Source of the DNA: an uncultured bacterium
GTDB lineage: Bacteria > Zixibacteria > MSB-5A5 > CAIYYT01
Direction: 5' to 3'
NCBI GenBank assembly: GCA_963726455.1
Contig: CAVSCK010000004.1
Coordinates: 1,735,676-1,799,675 of the forward strand
DNA length: 64,000 nt
A program made the translations under genes and the position numbers. Below are positions 27,756 to 37,255 of the stretch, piece by piece. The notes beneath the pieces are model-generated. The model did no database searches and was not told the origin of the DNA. It saw only the letters and a list, made by a program, of their open reading frames with translations. The stretch's first letter is position 1, and every line of letters starts with the position of its first letter.

Positions 27756-28321
27756 TTCTGTTCATCGACAACTACGATTCGTTCATTTACAATTTGGTGC
27801 AGGCCATCGGCACGCGCACCAACAGTCTGCACGTGTACCGTCCTGACCAGATTACTATCGACGACATTGAACGCCTGCACCCGGACAAGATCATTATTTC
27901 ACCGGGTCCGGGCCATCCGCGCGAGGCGGTATTGTCCACAGAAGTCATCAGACGATTTCACAGATATATACCGATACTCGGTGTATGTCTTGGCCACCAG
28001 TGCATTGCCGAGGCATTCGGAGCATTGGTGCGTCCGGCCGATCGTCTGTTGCACGGAAAGACGTCCGACATCTATCATTTCGGCAAAGGCATAATGACCG
28101 GCCTGCCCAAACCATTCAAGGCCGCGCGCTACCACTCGCTGGTTGCCAGCGAAGAGACTCTGCCTCCCGAACTCAAAGTCGCCGCTTATACCTCGGAAGG
28201 CGAGGTCATGGGACTTATGCACGTATCGTCCCCTCTTTTCGGAGTGCAATTTCACCCGGAGTCAATTCTAACGCCCGACGGGATGAAGATTCTCGACAAT
28301 TTCCTGGAGGTGCAAGTATGA
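27752..28321 (+). CDS. trpG: Anthranilate synthase component II (glutamine amidotransferase)
   Basis: IDNYDSF, ISPGPG, LGVCLGHQ, RYHSL, QFHPES. Confidence 0.94.
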   Translation: MILFIDNYDSFIYNLVQAIGTRTNSLHVYRPDQITIDDIERLHPDKIIISPGPGHPREAVLSTEVIRRFHRYIPILGVCLGHQCIAEAFGALVRPADRLLHGKTSDIYHFGKGIMTGLPKPFKAARYHSLVASEETLPPELKVAAYTSEGEVMGLMHVSSPLFGVQFHPESILTPDGMKILDNFLEVQV

Positions 28322-29334
28322 TCAAGGATTGTCTGCAAAAGCTGATCGCTGCTGAATCGCTGTCGACCGATGAGACAATACAGTGCGTCGAGGAGATTGT
28401 CGATGGCACGGCATCCGACGCTCAGATCGCGGCATTCCTAACAGCTCTGCGCCAAAAAGGTGAGACCGGCACCGAACTCGCGGGATTGGTAACCGCATTC
28501 AAGAGGCATGCGGTCAAAGTTCCCCATCATCAGAATCAAGTATTTGATTGTTGTGGAACCGGTGGTGACGGATCGCAATCCTTCAACATCTCGACAGCGG
28601 CAGCGATAGTGATTGCTGCCGCGGACGTGCCCACCGCGAAGCACGGTAATAGAGCCGTGAGTTCGGCTTGTGGCTCGGCGGATCTACTGGAAGCGGCGGG
28701 CGCCAGGATCGGCGTTCCGCCTGAACATTCCGCCGCGATGCTTGACGAGATAGGTTTCTGTTTCTTGTTTGCTCCCCTCTATCATCCGGCAACAAAACGC
28801 GTGGCTATCGTCAGGCGCGAACTCGGATTTCGCACTGTCTTCAATCTACTGGGGCCGTTGTTGAATCCTGCGCAGACAACTCATCAGATGATCGGCACGT
28901 CGTCTGCCGCAAACGGCCGTCTAATTGCATCGGCAAACATGCACCTGACGGGCCTCAAGATGGTGGCGTTCCATAATTCTCACGGATTGGATGAATTGCT
29001 GCCCTCAGGAATCAATTACAGTTTCTGGGTGCAAGACGGAGTCCTGCAAGAAGCGAATGTTGAGTTGCCCGCTTTTATCGCGAACGGTCTGATGCCCGAG
29101 TCAATTCGTGGAGGAGACAGCGATACTAATGTGCGATTACTCCGGCAGGTACTGAACGCAGAGGAGTCGGCAATTACGAAAGTAACTTTGCTCAACTCTG
29201 CATTCGGTCTGTTGTGTGCGGACAGGGTCAAGTCCATCACTGACGGATATCGATTGGCTGAGGAAACACTTCGCTCCGGCACGGCAAAGAAGCTGTTTGA
29301 GCGATACATAGAATATTCGAACGCGAGCGTGTAA
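28318..29334 (+). CDS. trpD: Anthranilate phosphoribosyltransferase
   Basis: DCCGTGGDGSQSFNIST, AKHGNRAVSSACGSAD, RTVFNLLGPLLNP. ATG 28318 forms an ATGA overlap; the ORF-track start at 27985 is an extension. Confidence 0.94.
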   Translation: MIKDCLQKLIAAESLSTDETIQCVEEIVDGTASDAQIAAFLTALRQKGETGTELAGLVTAFKRHAVKVPHHQNQVFDCCGTGGDGSQSFNISTAAAIVIAAADVPTAKHGNRAVSSACGSADLLEAAGARIGVPPEHSAAMLDEIGFCFLFAPLYHPATKRVAIVRRELGFRTVFNLLGPLLNPAQTTHQMIGTSSAANGRLIASANMHLTGLKMVAFHNSHGLDELLPSGINYSFWVQDGVLQEANVELPAFIANGLMPESIRGGDSDTNVRLLRQVLNAEESAITKVTLLNSAFGLLCADRVKSITDGYRLAEETLRSGTAKKLFERYIEYSNASV

Positions 29335-30104
29335 TGCTGGATCAGATCGTCAAAAGCGTAAAGCGAAGTATTGAGGATCGTAACCGGACTGAGTGGGAAC
29401 GACAGGTCAATGAGCGTCTGGATCGTTGCGGCGATTCATTTCGGCTCTCAAGCTCATTAAGGCCAGGTGGCTTCGGATTCATTTTCGAAATCAAGCGAAA
29501 GTCGCCGAGTTCCAATGGTATTGCCATCGAGTGCGACGTTTCCGAGATAGCGAGAACCTATGAAACGCTGGGAGCCAGTGCCATCAGTGTCCTTACCGAG
29601 TACAATTACTTTGGCGGCAGTCTGGCCGATCTCGCTGCAGTCAGAAAGGCCGTGTCATTGCCGTTGTTGCGAAAGGAATTTATCGTCGACAAATTGCAGG
29701 TCGGTGAGGCAAAGATTCATGGCGCCGGCGCGGTACTATTGATAACGGCCATCTTGGACGATATCAAACTGCGAGAGTTCATCGGCTACGCCGAATCCAT
29801 CGGGCTGGATTCGCTGGTGGAAGTGCACGACGGTGATGAACTCGCGCGAGCCGTAGGCGCCGGTGCAAGGATCATAGGGGTCAATAACCGCAATCTGCAA
29901 ACCATGGCTATCAATCTCGAAACCTCTGAGAGACTCCTCCCCGCTATTCCTAAAGGCGTTCTGCGAGTGGCCGAGAGCGGTATAACTAATCGCCACGATG
30001 TGACACGCATGCGTGAAGCCGGGGCCGACGCGGTGCTCGTTGGTACCTCAGTTATACGATCTGCGGACATGACCGCCAAGATCAAGGAGTTGACGACGGT
30101 ATGA
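29334..30104 (+). CDS. trpC: Indole-3-glycerol phosphate synthase
   Basis: IFEIKRKSPS, ISVLTE, LLRKEFI, LVEVH, IGVNNRNL, VAESGI. Confidence 0.94.
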   Translation: MLDQIVKSVKRSIEDRNRTEWERQVNERLDRCGDSFRLSSSLRPGGFGFIFEIKRKSPSSNGIAIECDVSEIARTYETLGASAISVLTEYNYFGGSLADLAAVRKAVSLPLLRKEFIVDKLQVGEAKIHGAGAVLLITAILDDIKLREFIGYAESIGLDSLVEVHDGDELARAVGAGARIIGVNNRNLQTMAINLETSERLLPAIPKGVLRVAESGITNRHDVTRMREAGADAVLVGTSVIRSADMTAKIKELTTV

Positions 30105-30697
30105 CGAAAGTGAAGATTTGCGGAATTACCCGCGTGCCTGACGCCGTGACGGCCATTGAAGAAGGCGCGGATATGATCGGATTCATCCTTTCGGAATCAC
30201 CGCGGCGTACTGGCTTCGATCAGCTTCCCGGCCTCCTATCAGCCGCTGCTGGACGAGTGAATACCGTCGGCGTATTCGCCAAGCCTCAGGATTTGATTCA
30301 TTTCAGCGAATCCACTCAGAACTGCTTTGATTATTACCAGGTGTATTTCCCCTACCGCGCATTGACAGTTCGGCAGCCGAAGATCGGCTGGATTCGCGCC
30401 TCGTTTATTGACTCACAGGCCAGCGCCGTGGAGGCAAACTCTTCTGACCTGGTGCTGTACGATTTCAAGAACGTGGGACTCGACGTGCAATCCAGATTGT
30501 TTGCCGGTCGCTCCGGCGCACTCAGTATCAACGGATTCTTGGCCGGCGGCCTGACAGTCGACAATGTTGCGGATATGGTGAGGCGCTATTCACCTTACGG
30601 GGTTGATGTGGCACGAGGCACCGAATCACAACCGGGTATTAAAGACGCGTTCTTGATCCGTCGGTTTATTGATGAGGCGAGACATGCCAACGGTTAA
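30101..30697 (+). CDS. trpF: Phosphoribosylanthranilate isomerase
   Basis: VKICGIT, GFI...[26 protein letters not shown]. Confidence 0.88.
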   Translation: MTKVKICGITRVPDAVTAIEEGADMIGFILSESPRRTGFDQLPGLLSAAAGRVNTVGVFAKPQDLIHFSESTQNCFDYYQVYFPYRALTVRQPKIGWIRASFIDSQASAVEANSSDLVLYDFKNVGLDVQSRLFAGRSGALSINGFLAGGLTVDNVADMVRRYSPYGVDVARGTESQPGIKDAFLIRRFIDEARHANG

Positions 30698-31865
30698 AAA
30701 GCGCGGTTACTACGGTAACTACGGAGGGCAATTCGTTCCGGAGACTCTTGTTGGGGCGTTACAGGAGCTTGAGCAATGTTTCGCCGCTGCACGCCGCGAT
30801 AAGATATTCCGCAAAGAGTTCGAGGCACTCCTGCGGGACTTCGGTGGGAGACCAACGCCACTTTACTTTGCACAGAACCTCACTTCGCGTTGGAAAGGCG
30901 GTCGAATCTACCTTAAACGGGAGGACCTGAACCACACCGGCGCACATAAGATCAACAACACGATCGGTCAGTTGCTCCTGGCGAAACGTCTTGGCAAAAG
31001 CCGCATCGTGGCTGAAACCGGAGCCGGTCAGCACGGCACGGCCACCGCAGCGACCTGCGCCATGATGGGGCTGCAATGTGTGATCTATATGGGAAGCCAC
31101 GACGTTGCCCGCCAATATCCCAACGTCCAACGCATGCGCTACCTCGGCGCAGAAATCCGTGAAGTCAATGCGGGCACCAAGACTCTGAAAGAAGCAACTT
31201 CGGAAGCGATTCGCGATTGGGTGACGAACGTGAGGTCGACGCACTACGTCATCGGTTCTACCGTCGGACCCCATCCTTATCCGATGATCGTGCGGGAGTT
31301 TCAGTCAGTGATTGGCAAAGAAACAAAGAGTCAATGTCGGAAGTCATTGAAGAAGCTACCTGATATTGTCGTGGCCTGCGTAGGCGGCGGCTCTAACTCG
31401 ATGGGGATCTTCTCAGCGTTCCTGCGTGATTCCAAAGTACGGTTGATAGGCGTTGAATCTGCCGGCAAGAGCTTGGTGCCGGGGTTACATGCCGCGACGC
31501 TTGCCAAGGGTTCCCCCGGTGTACTTCATGGTGCGCATACATATATACTTCAGGACGCTGAGGGCCAGATCGAATTGACCTCCACCATTTCAGCGGGACT
31601 GGATTACCCCGGAGTGGGTCCCGAACACTCTTTCCTGAAAGATAACGGACGGGTTCAGTACGTCACCGTGACCGACAAAGAGGCGGTGAACGCTTTTCGC
31701 GAATTGTGCCTCCACGAAGGGATTATCCCGGCGTTGGAATCGAGTTTCGCATTGGCCTACGCGAAGAAACTTGCTCGCGAAGTCGGAAAGACCAAAACCA
31801 TTGTCGTCAACCTGTCGGGAAGAGGCGACAAAGACATGCAGAGCGTGGCGGAATATGAAGAATAA
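30684..31865 (+). CDS. trpB: Tryptophan synthase beta chain
   Basis: [52 protein letters not shown]; GAGG RBS before ATG 30684. Confidence 0.96.
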   Translation: MPTVKKRGYYGNYGGQFVPETLVGALQELEQCFAAARRDKIFRKEFEALLRDFGGRPTPLYFAQNLTSRWKGGRIYLKREDLNHTGAHKINNTIGQLLLAKRLGKSRIVAETGAGQHGTATAATCAMMGLQCVIYMGSHDVARQYPNVQRMRYLGAEIREVNAGTKTLKEATSEAIRDWVTNVRSTHYVIGSTVGPHPYPMIVREFQSVIGKETKSQCRKSLKKLPDIVVACVGGGSNSMGIFSAFLRDSKVRLIGVESAGKSLVPGLHAATLAKGSPGVLHGAHTYILQDAEGQIELTSTISAGLDYPGVGPEHSFLKDNGRVQYVTVTDKEAVNAFRELCLHEGIIPALESSFALAYAKKLAREVGKTKTIVVNLSGRGDKDMQSVAEYEE

Positions 31866-32658
31866 TCTGGAACAGAAGTTGTCGCAGCTAAAGCAGTCCG
31901 GACGCAAGGCGCTGATCCCCTTTGTCACGAGCGGCTTTCCCGACCAAACACGGTTTGGGCAATTGGCAGCCGCCTTGCTTGAAACCGAGCCGGACGTTCT
32001 CGAAATCGGACTCCCCCACTCTGATCCTCTTGCCGATGGGCCGGTTATTCAACACTCCTCGCACGTCGCAATTGCAAATGGATTCAAACTCGAACGGGCA
32101 TTTGATCAGATTACCGAGATGACTACAACGCACAGCGTCCCAATAGTCATTATGTGCTATTCCAACCTGATCCTGAGAATGGGCGCCAAGAAGTTCGTCA
32201 AACGAGCAAGCGCTGCTGGAGTGAGCGGCTTGATTGTCCCCGATATGATTATAGAAGAAAGTGCAGAGCTGCGTTCACTGTGTGCGGAGCGTGAAATCGC
32301 ATTCATCAATTTGATAGCGCCAACCACGACCCGTGAAAGAATTCAAAAGATTGTCCCGCTCAGCAGCGGCTTCGTCTATCTGGTCAGCGTCACGGGCACC
32401 ACGGGCATGCGCGATCATTTCGATGCACATATTGACCGGACGATTCGTGTAATTCGAAAAACAAGCCATCTGCCGATCTGTATCGGTTTCGGAATATCAT
32501 CGCCCGAGTTGGCGGCAAGAGCGGCAGCCCAGGCCGACGGTGTGATTATCGGCAGCAAGTTGCTGCAACTGGCAACGGAGTGTAACGGCGACAGTCGATT
32601 TGAGAAAGTACGATCATTCCTGACGGAGGTCAAAATGAGATTAGGAGAGCTTTCATGA
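31855..32658 (+). CDS. trpA: Tryptophan synthase alpha chain
   Basis: [46 protein letters not shown]; start at ATG 31855. Confidence 0.95.
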   Translation: MKNNLEQKLSQLKQSGRKALIPFVTSGFPDQTRFGQLAAALLETEPDVLEIGLPHSDPLADGPVIQHSSHVAIANGFKLERAFDQITEMTTTHSVPIVIMCYSNLILRMGAKKFVKRASAAGVSGLIVPDMIIEESAELRSLCAEREIAFINLIAPTTTRERIQKIVPLSSGFVYLVSVTGTTGMRDHFDAHIDRTIRVIRKTSHLPICIGFGISSPELAARAAAQADGVIIGSKLLQLATECNGDSRFEKVRSFLTEVKMRLGELS

Positions 32659-33023
32659 TTCGAGGCGTTCGAGGCGCGATTTGCGCGGCGGCTAACTCAC
32701 GTGAGGCAATCTTTGATGCCACCAAGACATTGCTGCTTCACATGTTTGCAAAAAACGATATCGAGCCGGAGAACATAGCTTCGATCTTTATGACGGCGAC
32801 ACCTGATCTGAATGCCGATTATCCCGCCTACACTGCGCGCGAAATGGGACTGACTCAGATTCCACTCATGTGTGCGACGGAAATCAGTGTGCCCGGAGCG
32901 TTGCAGAGAGTGATTCGGATATTGATACATGTGGAAACGAATAAGAAACAGAACGAGATCAAACATCTATACATGGGAGATGCCGCTAGACTTCGACCCG
33001 ACCTGGCGAGAGAGAACGAATGA
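32655..33023 (+). CDS. aroH: Chorismate mutase, AroH class
   Basis: [48 protein letters not shown]. Confidence 0.93.
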   Translation: MIRGVRGAICAAANSREAIFDATKTLLLHMFAKNDIEPENIASIFMTATPDLNADYPAYTAREMGLTQIPLMCATEISVPGALQRVIRILIHVETNKKQNEIKHLYMGDAARLRPDLARENE

Positions 33024-34036
33024 TGATCATAGTAATGAAAAAGAATGCCACCGTTCGCGAGATGGCCTCAGTCATAAAGTATATCGAGGAACTGGGACTG
33101 AAGCCGCATATCTCCGAAGGTGAAGAAAAGACCATTGTCGGGGCAGTGGGCAATGACAGGACTATCGACAAAGAAAAATTGCTGGCTCTCGACGGCGTCG
33201 AGGCCGTCATGCCGATCCTCAAGCCCTACAAGCTGGCATCGAGGGAGTTCAAGCCGGAGCGCACGATCGTCAGTCTCAACGGCACCAAGATCGGTGGTGA
33301 TAACGTCGTGGTGATGGCGGGCCCGTGCGCGGTGGAAAGCTATGAACAGGTTCTGGAGGCAGCCATAGCTGCCAAACAGGCGGGCGCCAAAATCCTGCGT
33401 GGCGGCGCATTCAAACCGCGAACTTCTCCCTATGCATTTCAAGGGCTCGGCCGCCAGGGTTTGGAAATTCTCGCGCGCGTCCGCGAGGAAGTCGGAATTC
33501 CCATTGTGACCGAATGCCTGTCGCAAGACGACGTCAATTTGCTTTCTGATTACGCCGACATCATTCAGATTGGTGCGCGCAACATGCAGAATTTTTCCAT
33601 GCTGGAAAAGGTCGGCAAACAGTCGCGACCGGTTCTACTCAAACGCGGGATGATGTCGACGATCGAGGAGTTACTGATGTCGGCCGAGTACATACTCTCC
33701 AACGGCAACTATAATGTTATCCTGTGTGAGCGCGGCATCCGCACGTTCGAACCGTTGACGCGCAATACCTGCGACATCGCCGCCGTACCGGTATTGAAAT
33801 CACTAACGCATCTCCCGGTCATTCTTGATCCATCTCACGCCACAGGTGAACGTCACTTGATATCTCCCGTATCGCTGGCGGCCGTTGCGGCAGGAGCTGA
33901 CGGATTGATTATCGAAATCCATCCGCATCCGGACAAAGCGTTATGCGACGGGCATCAGTCGCTCAATCTGACGCAGTTCGCCCAATTGATGCAGACACTC
34001 AAACCGGTGGCACAGGCCGTCGGCAGAGACGTATGA
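33020..34036 (+). CDS. aroF: DAHP synthase type I-beta with N-terminal regulatory (ferredoxin-like/ACT) domain
   Basis: [56 protein letters not shown]; the N-terminal 70 aa resemble Thermotoga-type regulatory domains. Confidence 0.94.
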   Translation: MMIIVMKKNATVREMASVIKYIEELGLKPHISEGEEKTIVGAVGNDRTIDKEKLLALDGVEAVMPILKPYKLASREFKPERTIVSLNGTKIGGDNVVVMAGPCAVESYEQVLEAAIAAKQAGAKILRGGAFKPRTSPYAFQGLGRQGLEILARVREEVGIPIVTECLSQDDVNLLSDYADIIQIGARNMQNFSMLEKVGKQSRPVLLKRGMMSTIEELLMSAEYILSNGNYNVILCERGIRTFEPLTRNTCDIAAVPVLKSLTHLPVILDPSHATGERHLISPVSLAAVAAGADGLIIEIHPHPDKALCDGHQSLNLTQFAQLMQTLKPVAQAVGRDV

Positions 34037-34866
34037 CGAACGGCTCAAAGTTGCGTGTCGGCATTCTCGGCCTGGGACAAATCGGCGGATCGATAGCGCT
34101 TGGCTTGAAGAAGCAGCAATCGTATTTAGTCGCCGGTTACGACATAAATCATTCCCTCATGCAAGCGGCGCAGGGCAGGCAGGCAGTTGATTTGGTCTGC
34201 TCGTCAGCCGCGGAGTTGATTGAACAGAGTCAGATTCCGATCATTGCTTTGCCGATCGCCGGCATAATTGAAACTCTGCGTGAATATCGCAAACCGTTAC
34301 TCTCAAAACTGGCGGTTAGCGACACAGGATCGCTCAAGAGTGCGATTATGGCGGAAGCGGCGAATCTTGGAATCAACAACTTCATCGGTGGACACCCCCT
34401 CGCCGGAACCGAACTGCGCGGAGCCGAATCCTGGAACGCGGCATTGTTCGAAGGCGCCAATTACTTCATCACGCGAAACAACGACACAAGGCCCGAGAGT
34501 CTAAGTCATATCATCTCGCTGATCGAAGCTCTGGGCGGCGTGAAAAGGGAAATCGCAGCAGACGTTCATGACATGATATTCGCCACCACCAGCAACCTGC
34601 CACATGTACTCGCTTATGTGCTCAGACACTTGTATTCGGAGAGGAAATCTCAGCACTCAGTTGCAGAACTATTCGCCTGCCCCAGCTTCAACGGCATTAC
34701 GCGCGTCGCGAAATCCGACCCCGAGATGGTGTTTCAGATGCTCTGGCACAACCGGGATAATCTCAGGCGCGCGCTGGCGGAATTGAACTTTAGATTGACA
34801 GACATCCAAAATGCCATAGATAACACAGATGAAGTTCAGTTTCGTCGACTGTTCAATATCGGCTGA
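34033..34866 (+). CDS. tyrA: Prephenate/cyclohexadienyl dehydrogenase (no ACT domain)
   Basis: [37 protein letters not shown]; ATG 34033 overlaps the aroF stop. Confidence 0.88.
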   Translation: MTNGSKLRVGILGLGQIGGSIALGLKKQQSYLVAGYDINHSLMQAAQGRQAVDLVCSSAAELIEQSQIPIIALPIAGIIETLREYRKPLLSKLAVSDTGSLKSAIMAEAANLGINNFIGGHPLAGTELRGAESWNAALFEGANYFITRNNDTRPESLSHIISLIEALGGVKREIAADVHDMIFATTSNLPHVLAYVLRHLYSERKSQHSVAELFACPSFNGITRVAKSDPEMVFQMLWHNRDNLRRALAELNFRLTDIQNAIDNTDEVQFRRLFNIG

Positions 34867-34887
34867 GCTTTCTGGAGTCTAACAACA

Positions 34888-36147
34888 GTGCCAATAAGAG
34901 GAACACTTGCTCTTCCCGGCGATAAATCGCTGTCACATCGAGCGATCATGTTTGCCGCTCTGGTAAGAGGAACATCGAAGGTGACGAACCTTAGCAGAGG
35001 CGCGGATGTTTGCACAACCAGAGAGGTGTTCTCGAAACTCGGAACAGTTTTTCACACTGAAGGTGAAGCGCTCTTAATAGATGGCGGCGGCATCGAATCA
35101 TTCTTCACAGACAACTCCCGACTTTACTGCGGCAACTCGGGTACTACACTGAGACTGCTGCTCGGGATATTGGCAGGAAGCAGGGTCTCGTGTGAACTTT
35201 ACGGCGATGAATCACTCAATCGGCGTCCCGTGAAGCGAGTGATCGACCCGCTCACGCTGATGGGCGGCGATCTGCATTCGGTTGACGGAAGTGATCGACC
35301 GCCGGTGCGCGTAAGGGGAGCGTCGCTGCACGGAATTGATTATGAGTCGCCGGTGGCGTCGGCGCAGGTGAAGTCCGCAGTCCTGTTGGCTGCAATCAAC
35401 GCGTCAGGCGTCACGCATTACCGCGAACCGGCCAAATCGCGCGATCACACCGAACGATTCCTTGAATGGCAAGGTTACCCCATTGCGGTAGCTGGAACCG
35501 AGATCACGATGGCGCCCGGGGGAATTTTGACGCCATTTGAATATAAAGTGCCGGGCGACATTTCCACGGCGGCATTCTACATCGTGGCCGCCTTACTCAC
35601 TGCGGGCAGCGAGCTATTGCTGCAGAACGTCCTGCTCAATCCAACCCGCACCGGCGCACTGGAAATTCTGGAAAAGATGGGCGCCGAAGTCAAGTACGAG
35701 AATTGTCAGGTGCGAAGCGGTGAACCGGTTGGTGACGTGCTGGTGAATCACTCGCCCTTGATCGGACGGGACGCTACCGGAATTGATACGGCACGTTTCG
35801 TTGATGAAGTCCCCATACTTGCAGTGGCAGCAATGTTTGCGCAGGGCACGACCGTCTTCCACAATATTGGCGAATTGCGCGTCAAAGAATCTGATCGCGC
35901 GCAAGGTATAGTTGACGTGCTGGCATGTTATGGCTGCAAGTCCGAGATTCAAGGAGACAAATTGGTCATCGAAGGAGGAGTAGACGCCAGGCAGAAAGCT
36001 CCATCGCACCAGAATGATCACAGATTGGCAATGATGATCGAAATCATCGAGCTGGTTCGCAGGGGGCAGGTGTCCGGCGAATACCGCAACACGATCGCAA
36101 TTTCAGCTCCGGAGTTTTACGATAATCTTAAGAGAATAATTCATTAG
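34888..36147 (+). CDS. aroA: EPSP synthase
   Basis: LPGDKSLSHRA, CGNSGTTLR, SAQVKSA, SRDHTE, PGDISTA, ELRVKESDR, DHRLAM. Confidence 0.93.
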   Translation: MPIRGTLALPGDKSLSHRAIMFAALVRGTSKVTNLSRGADVCTTREVFSKLGTVFHTEGEALLIDGGGIESFFTDNSRLYCGNSGTTLRLLLGILAGSRVSCELYGDESLNRRPVKRVIDPLTLMGGDLHSVDGSDRPPVRVRGASLHGIDYESPVASAQVKSAVLLAAINASGVTHYREPAKSRDHTERFLEWQGYPIAVAGTEITMAPGGILTPFEYKVPGDISTAAFYIVAALLTAGSELLLQNVLLNPTRTGALEILEKMGAEVKYENCQVRSGEPVGDVLVNHSPLIGRDATGIDTARFVDEVPILAVAAMFAQGTTVFHNIGELRVKESDRAQGIVDVLACYGCKSEIQGDKLVIEGGVDARQKAPSHQNDHRLAMMIEIIELVRRGQVSGEYRNTIAISAPEFYDNLKRIIH

Positions 36148-36188
36148 GTCATGAGGACTTCTGACTAGAGTCAACGAAGGAAGACGCC

Positions 36189-37085
36189 ATGCAATACTTG
36201 TATATCAATGGGAAATATCGGTCTACCGCCCTTGACAACATTTCGACGATGGTGCAGGCGTTCAACTACGGAACGGCCGCGTTTGAAGGCATGAAGGCAT
36301 TCTACAATCCTGCAACCCGGAAATCTTATGTATTCAGGCCAGATCAGCATTTTCAGCGGCTCACCAAGAGCGCGGAGATGATTGACATCGAATTGAAACT
36401 GACATTGGATCAGTTTGTGGGTGCGATTGCGACATTGATCCGAAAGAACAAGATTGCGGATGACACTTACATCAGGCCCATCGTCTATCGTGATTTCAAG
36501 GGAGTGGGCCTGTCCAAACCATCTGGCTACGGCGTCTCCATCTTTACGCAGCCGTCTCCGCACTCATCCGGCAACCGCCTGCGCGCTTGTTTTGTATCAC
36601 AGCGGCGACCGGTGGACGGCACATTCTCCGTAAAATTGACCGGAAATTATCTGCTATCATATTTTGCCTATCGCGAAGCCAACCGAAAAGGATATGACGT
36701 GGGCATTCTGCAATCCTCTGACGGATACCTCTCGGAAGCCACGGTTATGAATCTGTTCCTTGTTCGTAAAGGGCAGCTCTTAACTCCATCTACGGATTGC
36801 GGCGCGTTATCGGGCATTACTCGCCTAAGCGTAATGCAAGTTGCGAAGGGACATCTTGGTCTGCGAGTGTCCGAAGGCAAGTACCGCAAGGAAAGTTTGC
36901 TCGATGCCGATGAGGCGTTTCTAACCGGCACCGGTTCGGGGGTCAATTTCATTGCACAGATCGAAAAGAAGAAGCTCGGCGGGTCGGGAAAGAATGGTGT
37001 TTCAGCCCAAGTCGCCGCGACGTACGAGGACTTGGTGCGCGGCCGGCTCAGCGAATATTCCGACTGGCTGGTGCCCCTCAAATAG
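36189..37085 (+). CDS. Fold-type IV PLP enzyme (IlvE-like aminotransferase), candidate aromatic aminotransferase
   Basis: YGTAAFEGMK, YIRP, catalytic K in VKLTGNY, YLSEAT.MNLF, LSGITR.SV, EAFLTGT. Confidence 0.8.
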   Translation: MQYLYINGKYRSTALDNISTMVQAFNYGTAAFEGMKAFYNPATRKSYVFRPDQHFQRLTKSAEMIDIELKLTLDQFVGAIATLIRKNKIADDTYIRPIVYRDFKGVGLSKPSGYGVSIFTQPSPHSSGNRLRACFVSQRRPVDGTFSVKLTGNYLLSYFAYREANRKGYDVGILQSSDGYLSEATVMNLFLVRKGQLLTPSTDCGALSGITRLSVMQVAKGHLGLRVSEGKYRKESLLDADEAFLTGTGSGVNFIAQIEKKKLGGSGKNGVSAQVAATYEDLVRGRLSEYSDWLVPLK

Positions 37086-37255
37086 CGCCCGTCGCGGGCA
37101 ATTGCATCTCCCAGATTCCTTCAGATTCCCGCCACAGAACTCCAAATTCTGTTGCGATTCTTCGTATTCTAACTGGAAATGGTGGGCACAAATGGTGAGA
37201 AAGTCCTTTGCTGAATCTAGGAAATCGTAGCAATTAATCTTAAGAGGATCGGGGC

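Noticed and set aside
26286-28321. PabB/PabA assignment for the chorismate-binding pair
   Set aside because: The LLES and NPSPYM Trp-feedback motifs and the position at the head of a trp operon favour TrpE/TrpG.
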